Origin: a virus
Virus record (IMG/VR): IMGVR_UViG_3300035698_020047
Span: 1-64,000 of that record
DNA: 64,000 nucleotides
Reading direction: 5' to 3' (one strand)
Numbering within the stretch: position 1 is the stretch's first letter; each line of letters starts with the position of its first letter. The position numbers and the translations under genes are program-made. Shown here in pieces: positions 9,829-17,671 of the stretch. Below the pieces are notes generated by a model, which saw nothing but the letters and a program-made list of their open reading frames with translations, made no database searches and was not told where the DNA came from.

Positions 9829-10643
9829 TATGGAACCCAATAATACTGGACGATTGCGGGGTTGTAACGGGATGCGATGCGAGATATGAATGGATGCTTC
9901 CATGGTGGTTTGACCATTATAGTAAACATAATAAATACCCAGTTTATTTTGTTAACTTTGGAATGTCTAATAATGCGGTTGAATGGTGCCAGCAGCACGG
10001 ACAAGTAATTGACTTGAAGTTTAATTGCCCGCGAAAGCGGAACTGGTTTAAGAAGCCTTTGGCGGTTTTATCATGTCCTCTTAAACGCATTTTTTGGATT
10101 GATCTTGATTGTGAGATTAGGGGGGATATTGCTCCTATGTTTGGGTATATTGGTGAAGGCATAGCCGTTACATTAGACCCACACAATCCGTGGGTTAAGA
10201 CTAAGCCAGTTGTTGCAAGCGGCATCGTTGGCACTAAGCATAATAACCCATTGATTCTAAAGTGGGGCACACAATGCATGTCTAGTACTAGGGTGCGTGG
10301 CGATCAGGAAGTTTTAAACCAAATAATACATACTAGGCGCGACCAGTTAATAATAATGCCGCCAGAGTATCAATGGCTTAGGATAGATGGGGACAATCCG
10401 AAGGCTTTGATAATGCATTGGACTGGATCGAGGGGCACCGACCATATTCGAGTGCAGATGGGGTTACCACCATTGTCGGGACGCCGGTATTATACCAAAC
10501 GTAGCCAAGAAGATGTTATCAGCGATAGGCGGAAGAAGCACAAACACAACGTCACAAGCCTGGCGGTCCGCGCTGCTGCGAAAAAGAGGAGAACTAGTAG
10601 GGTTCGACGCGACATTTCACCGCGTAGGAAGAAGCGGAGGTAG
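9732..10643 (+). CDS. GT-A glycosyltransferase (GT8-like) with basic termini
   Basis: WFKKP, FWIDLDCEI (DxD), ASGIVG, GDQEVLN, MPPEYQW, IMHWTG. Confidence 0.8.
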   Translation: MAPQIGKHRQPFRPKVKSKSRSEIRPKNAARIVWNPIILDDCGVVTGCDARYEWMLPWWFDHYSKHNKYPVYFVNFGMSNNAVEWCQQHGQVIDLKFNCPRKRNWFKKPLAVLSCPLKRIFWIDLDCEIRGDIAPMFGYIGEGIAVTLDPHNPWVKTKPVVASGIVGTKHNNPLILKWGTQCMSSTRVRGDQEVLNQIIHTRRDQLIIMPPEYQWLRIDGDNPKALIMHWTGSRGTDHIRVQMGLPPLSGRRYYTKRSQEDVISDRRKKHKHNVTSLAVRAAAKKRRTSRVRRDISPRRKKRR

Positions 10644-11006
10644 TTAGCGTCGTCCGGTGCTTTCATTCCACTCTCCTTCGCCAGGAGGTGGAGGGTCTCC
10701 GCCATCACGTCTAGTTGAGTTGTTGGGTACTTCGTCTTTGAGGGCTTCGGCGTTATCGTCGACTGGGGTTGGACAACAAGAGAGTACCTCTTCAGTTTCG
10801 AGCCATTCTTGGATTCCGAATTTACCACCAGCCAGGCGTTTTCCACCAATGTCTGCCGTCAGGCTCGCTATCACAGCGGTGGGAAGTGCACCAAGTGCTT
10901 CTTCCAAACTCACTGCTGCCACATTCTTTTCCAAGTTGTTGGGTAGTTGTACGAATCCATTGATGATTGGAAACTGGCGAACGATTGTGATGGTCTCTGA
11001 TGACAT
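10644..11006 (-). CDS. hypothetical protein
   Basis: GAGGA RBS and CAAAGATA upstream; fills the gap exactly. Confidence 0.65.
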   Translation of the reverse strand: MSSETITIVRQFPIINGFVQLPNNLEKNVAAVSLEEALGALPTAVIASLTADIGGKRLAGGKFGIQEWLETEEVLSCCPTPVDDNAEALKDEVPNNSTRRDGGDPPPPGEGEWNESTGRR

Positions 11007-11047
11007 AATTTATCCTCGTATGATATCTTTGATTAGTATATAATATC

Positions 11048-11695
11048 GTGTCACGAGTATTCATAATTGGCGGTGGCCCCAGCCTGCGTGACTTCAAATT
11101 CAAGAAGTTGCGAGGCCACGACTGTATATCTGTTAATAAGGCGATATTTCGCGTCCCAGACCCAAAATATTTTATTACTATTGACCACAGCTTCTTGAAC
11201 AAGATAGGTGAGAAGAGGGCGATAATAAAGAGTTCGAAAGCTACCAAATTTTTTATAGCTAATTATGCGTCGGGTCAGCTAGCTGATAGAGGGGGTAAGA
11301 TATTTTGTACTAAGACCAGGAAGCACTATGAACTCGCTGAGTTTGATGTGGTTGTGAGGAGCAGGGGATATGGTGGGCTTGGCACACAATGGAATGATTT
11401 TAGAAATGGCAACTGCAGCGGGTATTGTGCGTTCCAGCTAGCGACACTATTGGGGTATGATGAGATCTACTTGTTTGGACTTGACTTAACCACTATTGGT
11501 GGGCAAACACATTATCATGATGGGTATAAGGGGCAAAGACCTGAGTCATTTAAGAAATCACTGTCGCAATATTTTGTGCATTTCACGTCTGGGATTAAGG
11601 ATGCTAAGAATCGCGGAATTAAGGTGGTTTCATGCTCTAAGGTTAGTCGTTTAAATGATCTGATTCCGTTTGTTGCGCCTTCAAAGGTGTTATGA
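11048..11695 (+). CDS. MAF/DUF115-like (sialyltransferase-fold) protein
   Basis: IIGGGPSL, ISVN, SGYCAFQLA..LGYDEIYLFGLDL, HYHDGY, SRLN. Confidence 0.8.
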   Translation: MSRVFIIGGGPSLRDFKFKKLRGHDCISVNKAIFRVPDPKYFITIDHSFLNKIGEKRAIIKSSKATKFFIANYASGQLADRGGKIFCTKTRKHYELAEFDVVVRSRGYGGLGTQWNDFRNGNCSGYCAFQLATLLGYDEIYLFGLDLTTIGGQTHYHDGYKGQRPESFKKSLSQYFVHFTSGIKDAKNRGIKVVSCSKVSRLNDLIPFVAPSKVL

Positions 11696-13082
11696 CTGAC
11701 TCTATGAAGTAATCGACTTGATCAACGGCCAGACCTGTTAGATGAAAGTCGCTATCGGGGCCCATAACTTCAGCCCCCAAATCTATCCCCTCAAACTCTG
11801 GCAGCAGTGAAACTTGATATACCACTCCTGGGTCTCCTGTTGCGCGGCATTGGAGAGTACATTGTTTGATTTTCTCGTGCAACTCTTGTCGGTTCGCACC
11901 GTGCTTAACCCCAATCATCAATATTTTCTCTGTCATCAAGAATTCAATCTTGTGCGATAGGTTCGACGATATTGCCACTTCATTGACAACCAGCCCGTCG
12001 AACACCCTATGCATTGTGTCAATGATACCATCGGCCGTTAGGTATGACTCCGGCAGTAACAACCTTCTGGCGCTAGAATCATCGAGAGAACGTTCAAGCC
12101 ATTGCTCAGCTGCGACTGTCATCGAGGTACTAGCCATAGGAATTAAGAATTTAGCTAGACCGCACACGCGCTCGCAGTAGAGCGGGTTTTGTTTATATGG
12201 CATCGCAGAGGAGCCTACTTGTTTGGAACCAAACCCTTCCATCAATTCCTTCTTCCCGGCCAGCAGGCGGATATCAGTGGCTATCTTCTGGCATACGGCT
12301 CCAAGTGCGGCTAGTGAACTCGCGATTATCGCGTCGCTGATCCTGGGGTATGTCTGGCCAGTTATGTAGTAATGTCCTTTTGGTTCTTGGAAACCTAATG
12401 CACGTGCAACCATCCCATCTAATATGCGGACCTTCATCGCAGCATCTTTTCTCGTTGTGTCTGGTCCCTCAAATAATTCTAAGAATGAGGCTTGCGTACC
12501 CGTGGCACCTTTGACGCCTCGTATGCGGAGGTATTCATAATTATGATTGAGTTGTTCTAGGACTAAGTATAGGTCGTGTGCCCAAGATGCTGCTCTCTTC
12601 CCGACGGTAGTTGGTTGCGCCGGTTGGAAATGCGTTAATCCTAATGTTGCAGTACTTTTGTGGAGTTCAGCAAAGTCGCCGACTTTGATGATCAAATTGA
12701 TAAGTTTAGATATTATAAGCTCGAGTGATTCTCTGATGCGGAGAGAATCTGCGTTATCAACCACAAACTGGCTAGTGGCTCCCATATGGATAATACCCTT
12801 AGCTAGCGGTGCATGAGTTCCAAATTCAGCGATATGGGCCATTACGTCGTGGTGTGTTTCTTTTTCGAATTTAGCGGCCAGCTCCAGATCGATAGGTTCT
12901 TCGAGGGCCTTTTCCAATTCTGACAACTGCTCTACGGTAATTGGTAGCTGCAGGCCATATTGGGCTTTGGCTAATTCGTACCAGAGCTTACGCCATAATT
13001 TGAACTTGTGATTCTCACTCCAGATGTGTGACATACGTTCTGAAGCGCAGCGTGTTACGAGTGGTGACTGGTATGTATCCAT
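11643..13082 (-). CDS. purB: adenylosuccinate lyase
   Basis: YQSPL.TR.AS..M, HDVMAH, IIHMGATS, THFQPAQPTTVGKR, GVKGATGT, signature GSSAMPYKQNP, QWLERSLDDS. Confidence 0.96.
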   Translation of the reverse strand: MDTYQSPLVTRCASERMSHIWSENHKFKLWRKLWYELAKAQYGLQLPITVEQLSELEKALEEPIDLELAAKFEKETHHDVMAHIAEFGTHAPLAKGIIHMGATSQFVVDNADSLRIRESLELIISKLINLIIKVGDFAELHKSTATLGLTHFQPAQPTTVGKRAASWAHDLYLVLEQLNHNYEYLRIRGVKGATGTQASFLELFEGPDTTRKDAAMKVRILDGMVARALGFQEPKGHYYITGQTYPRISDAIIASSLAALGAVCQKIATDIRLLAGKKELMEGFGSKQVGSSAMPYKQNPLYCERVCGLAKFLIPMASTSMTVAAEQWLERSLDDSSARRLLLPESYLTADGIIDTMHRVFDGLVVNEVAISSNLSHKIEFLMTEKILMIGVKHGANRQELHEKIKQCTLQCRATGDPGVVYQVSLLPEFEGIDLGAEVMGPDSDFHLTGLAVDQVDYFIESVITPLKAQQTESDHLND

Positions 13083-13153
13083 ATCCTTAAAATACTGGTG
13101 TTCATGCAAAAATAAATTGAATGTGTGAGTCCCCGAGTTAGGAGACGAAAATT

Positions 13154-13561
13154 ATGGCAAGTCAGCCACTAAATACAACGATTAGCGTTTTTAGACGGGT
13201 TCGATCGCAACGTGAAGCGCAACGCCACGATTCGATCAAGAACATAACAGACAGACTGCGCAGATTGATACTGGTTGATCCCGGCAACGAGATCAGAACC
13301 AGTGTCCAATCGAGAGATACGGCCGTTACCGATTTCTCGACTTACATGGGACAGGCAAGCGCCGTGGCTGGAAGAGGACATCCGATTGTTGTTGGTGTTC
13401 AGGCTCGTAAGGACTTCGAAGTCATCACCCAGCTTACCGGAATCGATTTCCCGGTTGAAATCGGTAGCGATAAGTTCGTTCAAGAGAACGCCGCAAACGT
13501 TGGTGGCGATCTTTACCAGGATGCTCGTGATACTACGGGCGGCGACACCAACAGGCTTTAA
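13154..13561 (+). CDS. hypothetical protein, probable virion component
   Basis: AGGAG RBS, CAAAAATA motif at 13107, hairpin downstream. Confidence 0.7.
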   Translation: MASQPLNTTISVFRRVRSQREAQRHDSIKNITDRLRRLILVDPGNEIRTSVQSRDTAVTDFSTYMGQASAVAGRGHPIVVGVQARKDFEVITQLTGIDFPVEIGSDKFVQENAANVGGDLYQDARDTTGGDTNRL

Positions 13562-13588
13562 GCCTGTTACAACACGAACTCACACTTC

Positions 13589-13615
13589 CAGTGGCCCGGA
13601 CAATCCGGGCCACTG
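13589..13615 (+). terminator. hairpin / probable terminator
   Basis: 12-bp stem CAGTGGCCCGGA-caa-TCCGGGCCACTG followed by TTGTATT. Confidence 0.65.
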
Positions 13616-13628
13616 TTGTATTATAACT

Positions 13629-13636
13629 CAAATATA
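13629..13636 (+). promoter_or_regulatory. candidate late promoter CAAATATA
   Basis: Motif recurs upstream of many structural genes. Confidence 0.6.
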
Positions 13637-13657
13637 CTATAGATTCGGAGATATAAT

Positions 13658-14224
13658 ATGCCTAATACAGTCCCATTTACAGCGTACTTCAGAATGGTTC
13701 CGGAACGTGGAGAGGGTAAGCGTTTTGAAATCTGGCGGAGCCGCGAACGCATTGCGCGCCTCGTGTGGCTAGACCTGAATACGGTACTCGAAGATTCTGT
13801 GCCATTCAATTCGGCTGGTGATACGGCGGGTACTGCTAACTTCGCGGTACCAGGAGGCACCATCACTTGGAGTTTGGCTCAAGATGCTGACTCTAATAGC
13901 TCAAGTATGAATGCGGTAGCATTTAAACCACAATTTGGTGAATCCCCAGATCAACTAACAGTGGTCGGTTTTGTTGAGCAAGATGATACTGTGCCATATG
14001 GTGAGAAGCAATTAATTAGCGGTGGCAGGGTCTGGAATGGCCCTGCGGCTGGAGCGCCTGGAGTTACCATAAGCACTATGCCAACTACCGCAAACCAAGC
14101 GGCGGCGGCAGCACTTAAGGCGTTACTCGAAGCTTCCATCATATCTGTACCTGTAGAGATGATTAAACTTGAAATAAATGGCGTAGCCTACGGTCGGGGC
14201 GCGATTCATTTCCCAAGACCATAA
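13658..14224 (+). CDS. hypothetical protein, probable virion component
   Basis: GGAG RBS, late-type motif upstream, Gly/Ala/Thr-rich. Confidence 0.7.
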   Translation: MPNTVPFTAYFRMVPERGEGKRFEIWRSRERIARLVWLDLNTVLEDSVPFNSAGDTAGTANFAVPGGTITWSLAQDADSNSSSMNAVAFKPQFGESPDQLTVVGFVEQDDTVPYGEKQLISGGRVWNGPAAGAPGVTISTMPTTANQAAAAALKALLEASIISVPVEMIKLEINGVAYGRGAIHFPRP

Positions 14225-14242
14225 AACTATAAAGAGAATATT

Positions 14243-14506
14243 ATGAGCGAATTTGGGCCAGACGCTATAGCCGACAAAATGGAATTAATCTCTGAAGAAG
14301 ATGACCAGAGAGCTGTAATCGCTGGCATTAAGAAAGTAGCCGATGAGGGGACTGATATAAAGGAAGTGGGTAGAATACTCATGCTATTGGCTAAATGCGG
14401 GATGGACGCGATTGAGAAAGTTGCATTACAGAGCATTGAAGCTTTAAAGAAGGATCCATCTAGTATTGACGCCGTACGTGCCGCATTAGGCAAGTATGTT
14501 GCGTGA
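14243..14506 (+). CDS. hypothetical protein
   Basis: 87-aa helical ORF. Confidence 0.6.
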   Translation: MSEFGPDAIADKMELISEEDDQRAVIAGIKKVADEGTDIKEVGRILMLLAKCGMDAIEKVALQSIEALKKDPSSIDAVRAALGKYVA

Positions 14507-14563
14507 CGCAATCCTGTTCGGGGGTACAATTCAAATCTATTATAGAGACCAGAGGACTACACT

Positions 14564-15313
14564 ATGGCTATAATGGGACCATCCGAACTCCCCTACATTC
14601 TGCAAGTTGATAGCGAGCCGATGAAGAAGTATGTGCTTTCAAAGCTCGGTTGGCCGACTGTTGAGGTAGAAGTAGGGGAAGATCAATGGGAAACGGTACT
14701 TCGAGTAACTGGTAACTTTATTGCTCATTACTTCTCCAAAGAACAGATGTTTGGGTTGTTTTATACTAGCCCTCTAGAGAACACCTACGATCTGCCGGCT
14801 GGTGCGTATTGGATCCAAGAAGTGGCTTGGGATCCAGTCACTACAATGATCGATCAGATATTCGGTGCAGAGAGCTTCTTGTTTAACATCGGTAATATTA
14901 CCGGGATTCAGCAGATCCTTACTGACTATCATATGCTGCAGTCTTATCGCCGGTTCAGCGCGAGGATACTTGGTAATGAAGGGCACTGGGAAGTTTTAGG
15001 TGATAATAAAATAAGGCTTTACCCGACGCCGAAGGGCTCATTCCCGGTGGTAATACTTTATATCCCAGCCATCACCACTTGGCGGACGCCGGCCAATAAG
15101 CTTCTGGCAATGGATATGCTGTTGGCTGAGACAATGATAATGCTTGGTGCTGTGCGAGGTAAGTTTAGCGGCATTCCAAGTCCTGATGGCGGCTCATTGA
15201 CGCTTGATGGCACCGATATGAGACAAAAAGGATATGAACTTCGCGATAAGATAATGGCAGATGCGATGCTGCTGTCCGACGATCCACAAGCCAGTGCTAT
15301 CTATAGGTATTAA
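14564..15313 (+). CDS. neck protein, T4 gp13-like
   Basis: YVLSKLGWPTVEVEV..DQ, RLYPTP, LGAVRGKFSGIPSPDGGSLTLDG; CAAATCTA at 14532. Confidence 0.85.
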   Translation: MAIMGPSELPYILQVDSEPMKKYVLSKLGWPTVEVEVGEDQWETVLRVTGNFIAHYFSKEQMFGLFYTSPLENTYDLPAGAYWIQEVAWDPVTTMIDQIFGAESFLFNIGNITGIQQILTDYHMLQSYRRFSARILGNEGHWEVLGDNKIRLYPTPKGSFPVVILYIPAITTWRTPANKLLAMDMLLAETMIMLGAVRGKFSGIPSPDGGSLTLDGTDMRQKGYELRDKIMADAMLLSDDPQASAIYRY

Positions 15314-15732
15314 TGATGGCTTCTAGATATACAGTATCAGTGGTGTTGAATGTGATTAGAGGCGATAGAGTTCTTGTGCCTGGGTGTGAGCCGACCTCAA
15401 CACTGACATCTACACGTATGATGGCAGAGATGCGAGCCCAGGGATTATGCCAGTGTGCTATCGTTGATTTGGCTGATATCTTAGAGGCCATACCTGGGTC
15501 ATATACTAAGCTTATCCCCAACTCCGGCCACCAAGGTAGCCGCAAGTTGTTGTTTTTGCCGCCATACGCACAGAAATGCCCATGCGGCGAAGTGTATCGA
15601 GAAGATTACTACCAAATATTAAGGGATTTGTGCAGGGAAGCTACTGATGAAGAAGTAGAAGAGATAAGAGGATGCGATTCGTTTTCTATTAATTCGTGCG
15701 AAGCGGCACCACAATGGAGAGGGCAAGAATGA
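15313..15732 (+). CDS. hypothetical Cys-rich protein
   Basis: Translationally coupled between the two neck genes. Confidence 0.6.
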   Translation: MMASRYTVSVVLNVIRGDRVLVPGCEPTSTLTSTRMMAEMRAQGLCQCAIVDLADILEAIPGSYTKLIPNSGHQGSRKLLFLPPYAQKCPCGEVYREDYYQILRDLCREATDEEVEEIRGCDSFSINSCEAAPQWRGQE

Positions 15733-16283
15733 TACATCGATTTTCCAGGTCGGGTGGAGCTTCAGTTCCAAACCCCGTAGGGTTCAGGACCGATATGCAG
15801 CGTACTCATCCGCTTCATCAGTTACATGATGACGCCAGCGCCGATCATAGTTATGCCGCGAGCGTAGCTGATGAGATAATAAATATTAGCGGTGCCGAAT
15901 CGTTGGTTTACGCTAGGGCTGAGAGTCAATCATTTGATGATGTGTACGAGGAAGAGCCAGATCCAGTATATCGCCCGGCCAAGATACTGAAAGCTTATTT
16001 CCCTCCGCAGCCACTGGCTGCTCAGTTGACTCCATGGGGCGTGGACTTTGAGAACCAAGCTACTGTCGTGTTTTCGAAAGAGCAGGTTATCAGAGAATTC
16101 GGCGATAGGATGATCATAATCGGCGATGTGATTGAACTGCCATACAATGCGTCGGGCGTTTCTCCTGATAAATTCAGGGTATTGAATGCGTTCGACTCAG
16201 GGAATTTTCGTTATAATTGGTTATATTGGAGCTGTAATGTCGAGAACTTAACAGACGACATTACTGTAGAGCCAGATGCCTAG
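15729..16283 (+). CDS. head closure / neck protein, T4 gp14-like
   Basis: DEIINISG....Y, DDVYEE, LTPWGVD, IGDVIELPY; position after gp13. Confidence 0.75.
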   Translation: MIHRFSRSGGASVPNPVGFRTDMQRTHPLHQLHDDASADHSYAASVADEIINISGAESLVYARAESQSFDDVYEEEPDPVYRPAKILKAYFPPQPLAAQLTPWGVDFENQATVVFSKEQVIREFGDRMIIIGDVIELPYNASGVSPDKFRVLNAFDSGNFRYNWLYWSCNVENLTDDITVEPDA

Positions 16284-16572
16284 AATAGAATCTGACATTA
16301 AAACAGCCGACGATTTTGTGGGTGCCTTTGAGGAGTTTCAGGACCTTGCCAAAGAACAGGTTGACAAGGTCGGTGATCAGATGACTGAACTGATTAAATC
16401 GAAGGGGGTAAAAGCAGAAAAGACAGATTTAGAGTCTTCAGATGACGGTGGCTTTATGATTATGGTTGATCCGAGTGATATCGAAAAGGCTGAGAGGCTA
16501 GGCTTGCGCGACACGGTAGCCCAAAGTATGCTTATTATGATTAAACAACGGATGATATCGGAATTTGGGTAA
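16276..16572 (+). CDS. hypothetical protein
   Basis: Coupled ORF in neck operon. Confidence 0.6.
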   Translation: MPRIESDIKTADDFVGAFEEFQDLAKEQVDKVGDQMTELIKSKGVKAEKTDLESSDDGGFMIMVDPSDIEKAERLGLRDTVAQSMLIMIKQRMISEFG

Positions 16573-17378
16573 TGATATATAGATTTGGTAGCCATTTTAC
16601 GTTTACGAATTTTCCGCGAGGTATGACCTCTCAAGGTGTACCTGGTGCAGCTGTTAAGCCAAATACCCAGATTGGCCCGGCTTCGCCCGGTATGGCTCAG
16701 TTATCTCATGTTGAACAGGGTCGTACGCCAAATACGTGGGAAGAGCACAGAGTCGACTCGTCAGACATAGAAGGATTCATAGAACCTGGATTCCGCTATT
16801 TAGACGCCGCGATGAAGAATTACTGGTCTGATATAAGGGTCCCAACTAAGGACGCATATCGTTTTATACGCACCAAGATCGCAGGTATGAGCCGAAGCCT
16901 GCAGATCTGGAATGAAGAAATGAATCACGGCCGCGTAAAGTTGCCTGTTATTTCCATCAGTCGTACTGGCCAAGATTTTAACCCCGAGAAATTCACACCA
17001 CCATATTACCCACTTCGCAGGCGATATGTAAATAGAGCTAAGACGCGAGTCGCTTTGGCCTTTAGGCCAGTTCCTTATTTTGTTGAATATACACTAAGCG
17101 TGTGGGCTGAGCATAAGCGAGACGCTGAATATATTTCGTACCAGGTTCTTACGCGATTCAACTCACTCGCTGAATTGACGGTGTCTGATGGGCATAGTTA
17201 TGGAAATGTCCAGATGAAATTCAAGAGTTCGACTGATGCTAGCGACAAAGAAGCTACTGCAGAGCAGTACGCGAAAGTAAAATATGAAGTATCGTATACC
17301 GCCGAGGCGTGGCTGTCCTTGCCGGAGAAAGTGATGCCGACTATTGTTGGCGTTGTTCAAGCCACAGAATTGATTTAG
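16572..17378 (+). CDS. tail terminator / sheath stabiliser, T4 gp15-like
   Basis: KLPVISISRTG.DFNPE, PVPYFVEYTLSVW....DAEYISYQVL.RF. Confidence 0.85.
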   Translation: MIYRFGSHFTFTNFPRGMTSQGVPGAAVKPNTQIGPASPGMAQLSHVEQGRTPNTWEEHRVDSSDIEGFIEPGFRYLDAAMKNYWSDIRVPTKDAYRFIRTKIAGMSRSLQIWNEEMNHGRVKLPVISISRTGQDFNPEKFTPPYYPLRRRYVNRAKTRVALAFRPVPYFVEYTLSVWAEHKRDAEYISYQVLTRFNSLAELTVSDGHSYGNVQMKFKSSTDASDKEATAEQYAKVKYEVSYTAEAWLSLPEKVMPTIVGVVQATELI

Positions 17379-17387
17379 GAGATTGAG

Positions 17388-17603
17388 ATGCCTTCAGATG
17401 ATAGACATGTTGTAATTTCGAACTGCAGTAGACAGATGATTCCGCTTCAGGTGCGGCCGCCCAAAGGCGACTTCTTTTATGAAGAACATCAAGTCAGAAT
17501 TAATCCCGGGAAATCTGTCACGGTTCTTAGAAGATGGCTTAATATGGCACAGATTGAAAATTGCCGTAGCCGAGGCGACATCTCAATTGTTGAAGAAAAA
17601 TAA
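17388..17603 (+). CDS. hypothetical protein
   Basis: AGGAG RBS, 71 aa. Confidence 0.65.
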   Translation: MPSDDRHVVISNCSRQMIPLQVRPPKGDFFYEEHQVRINPGKSVTVLRRWLNMAQIENCRSRGDISIVEEK

Positions 17604-17624
17604 ATTGAAATCCAATATCCCACT

Positions 17625-17632
17625 CAAATATA
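17625..17632 (+). promoter_or_regulatory. candidate late promoter CAAATATA
   Basis: Recurrent motif upstream of sheath gene. Confidence 0.6.
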
Positions 17633-17671
17633 ATGCAGTAGCAATAGAGTAGTGATAGACAGGAGCTTACA

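Noticed and set aside
3181-13082. Complete Z-genome (PurZ/DpoZ) system
   Set aside because: No purZ or dATPase in the window, and the polymerase lacks the proofreading domain of DpoZ enzymes; kept only as a hypothesis to test
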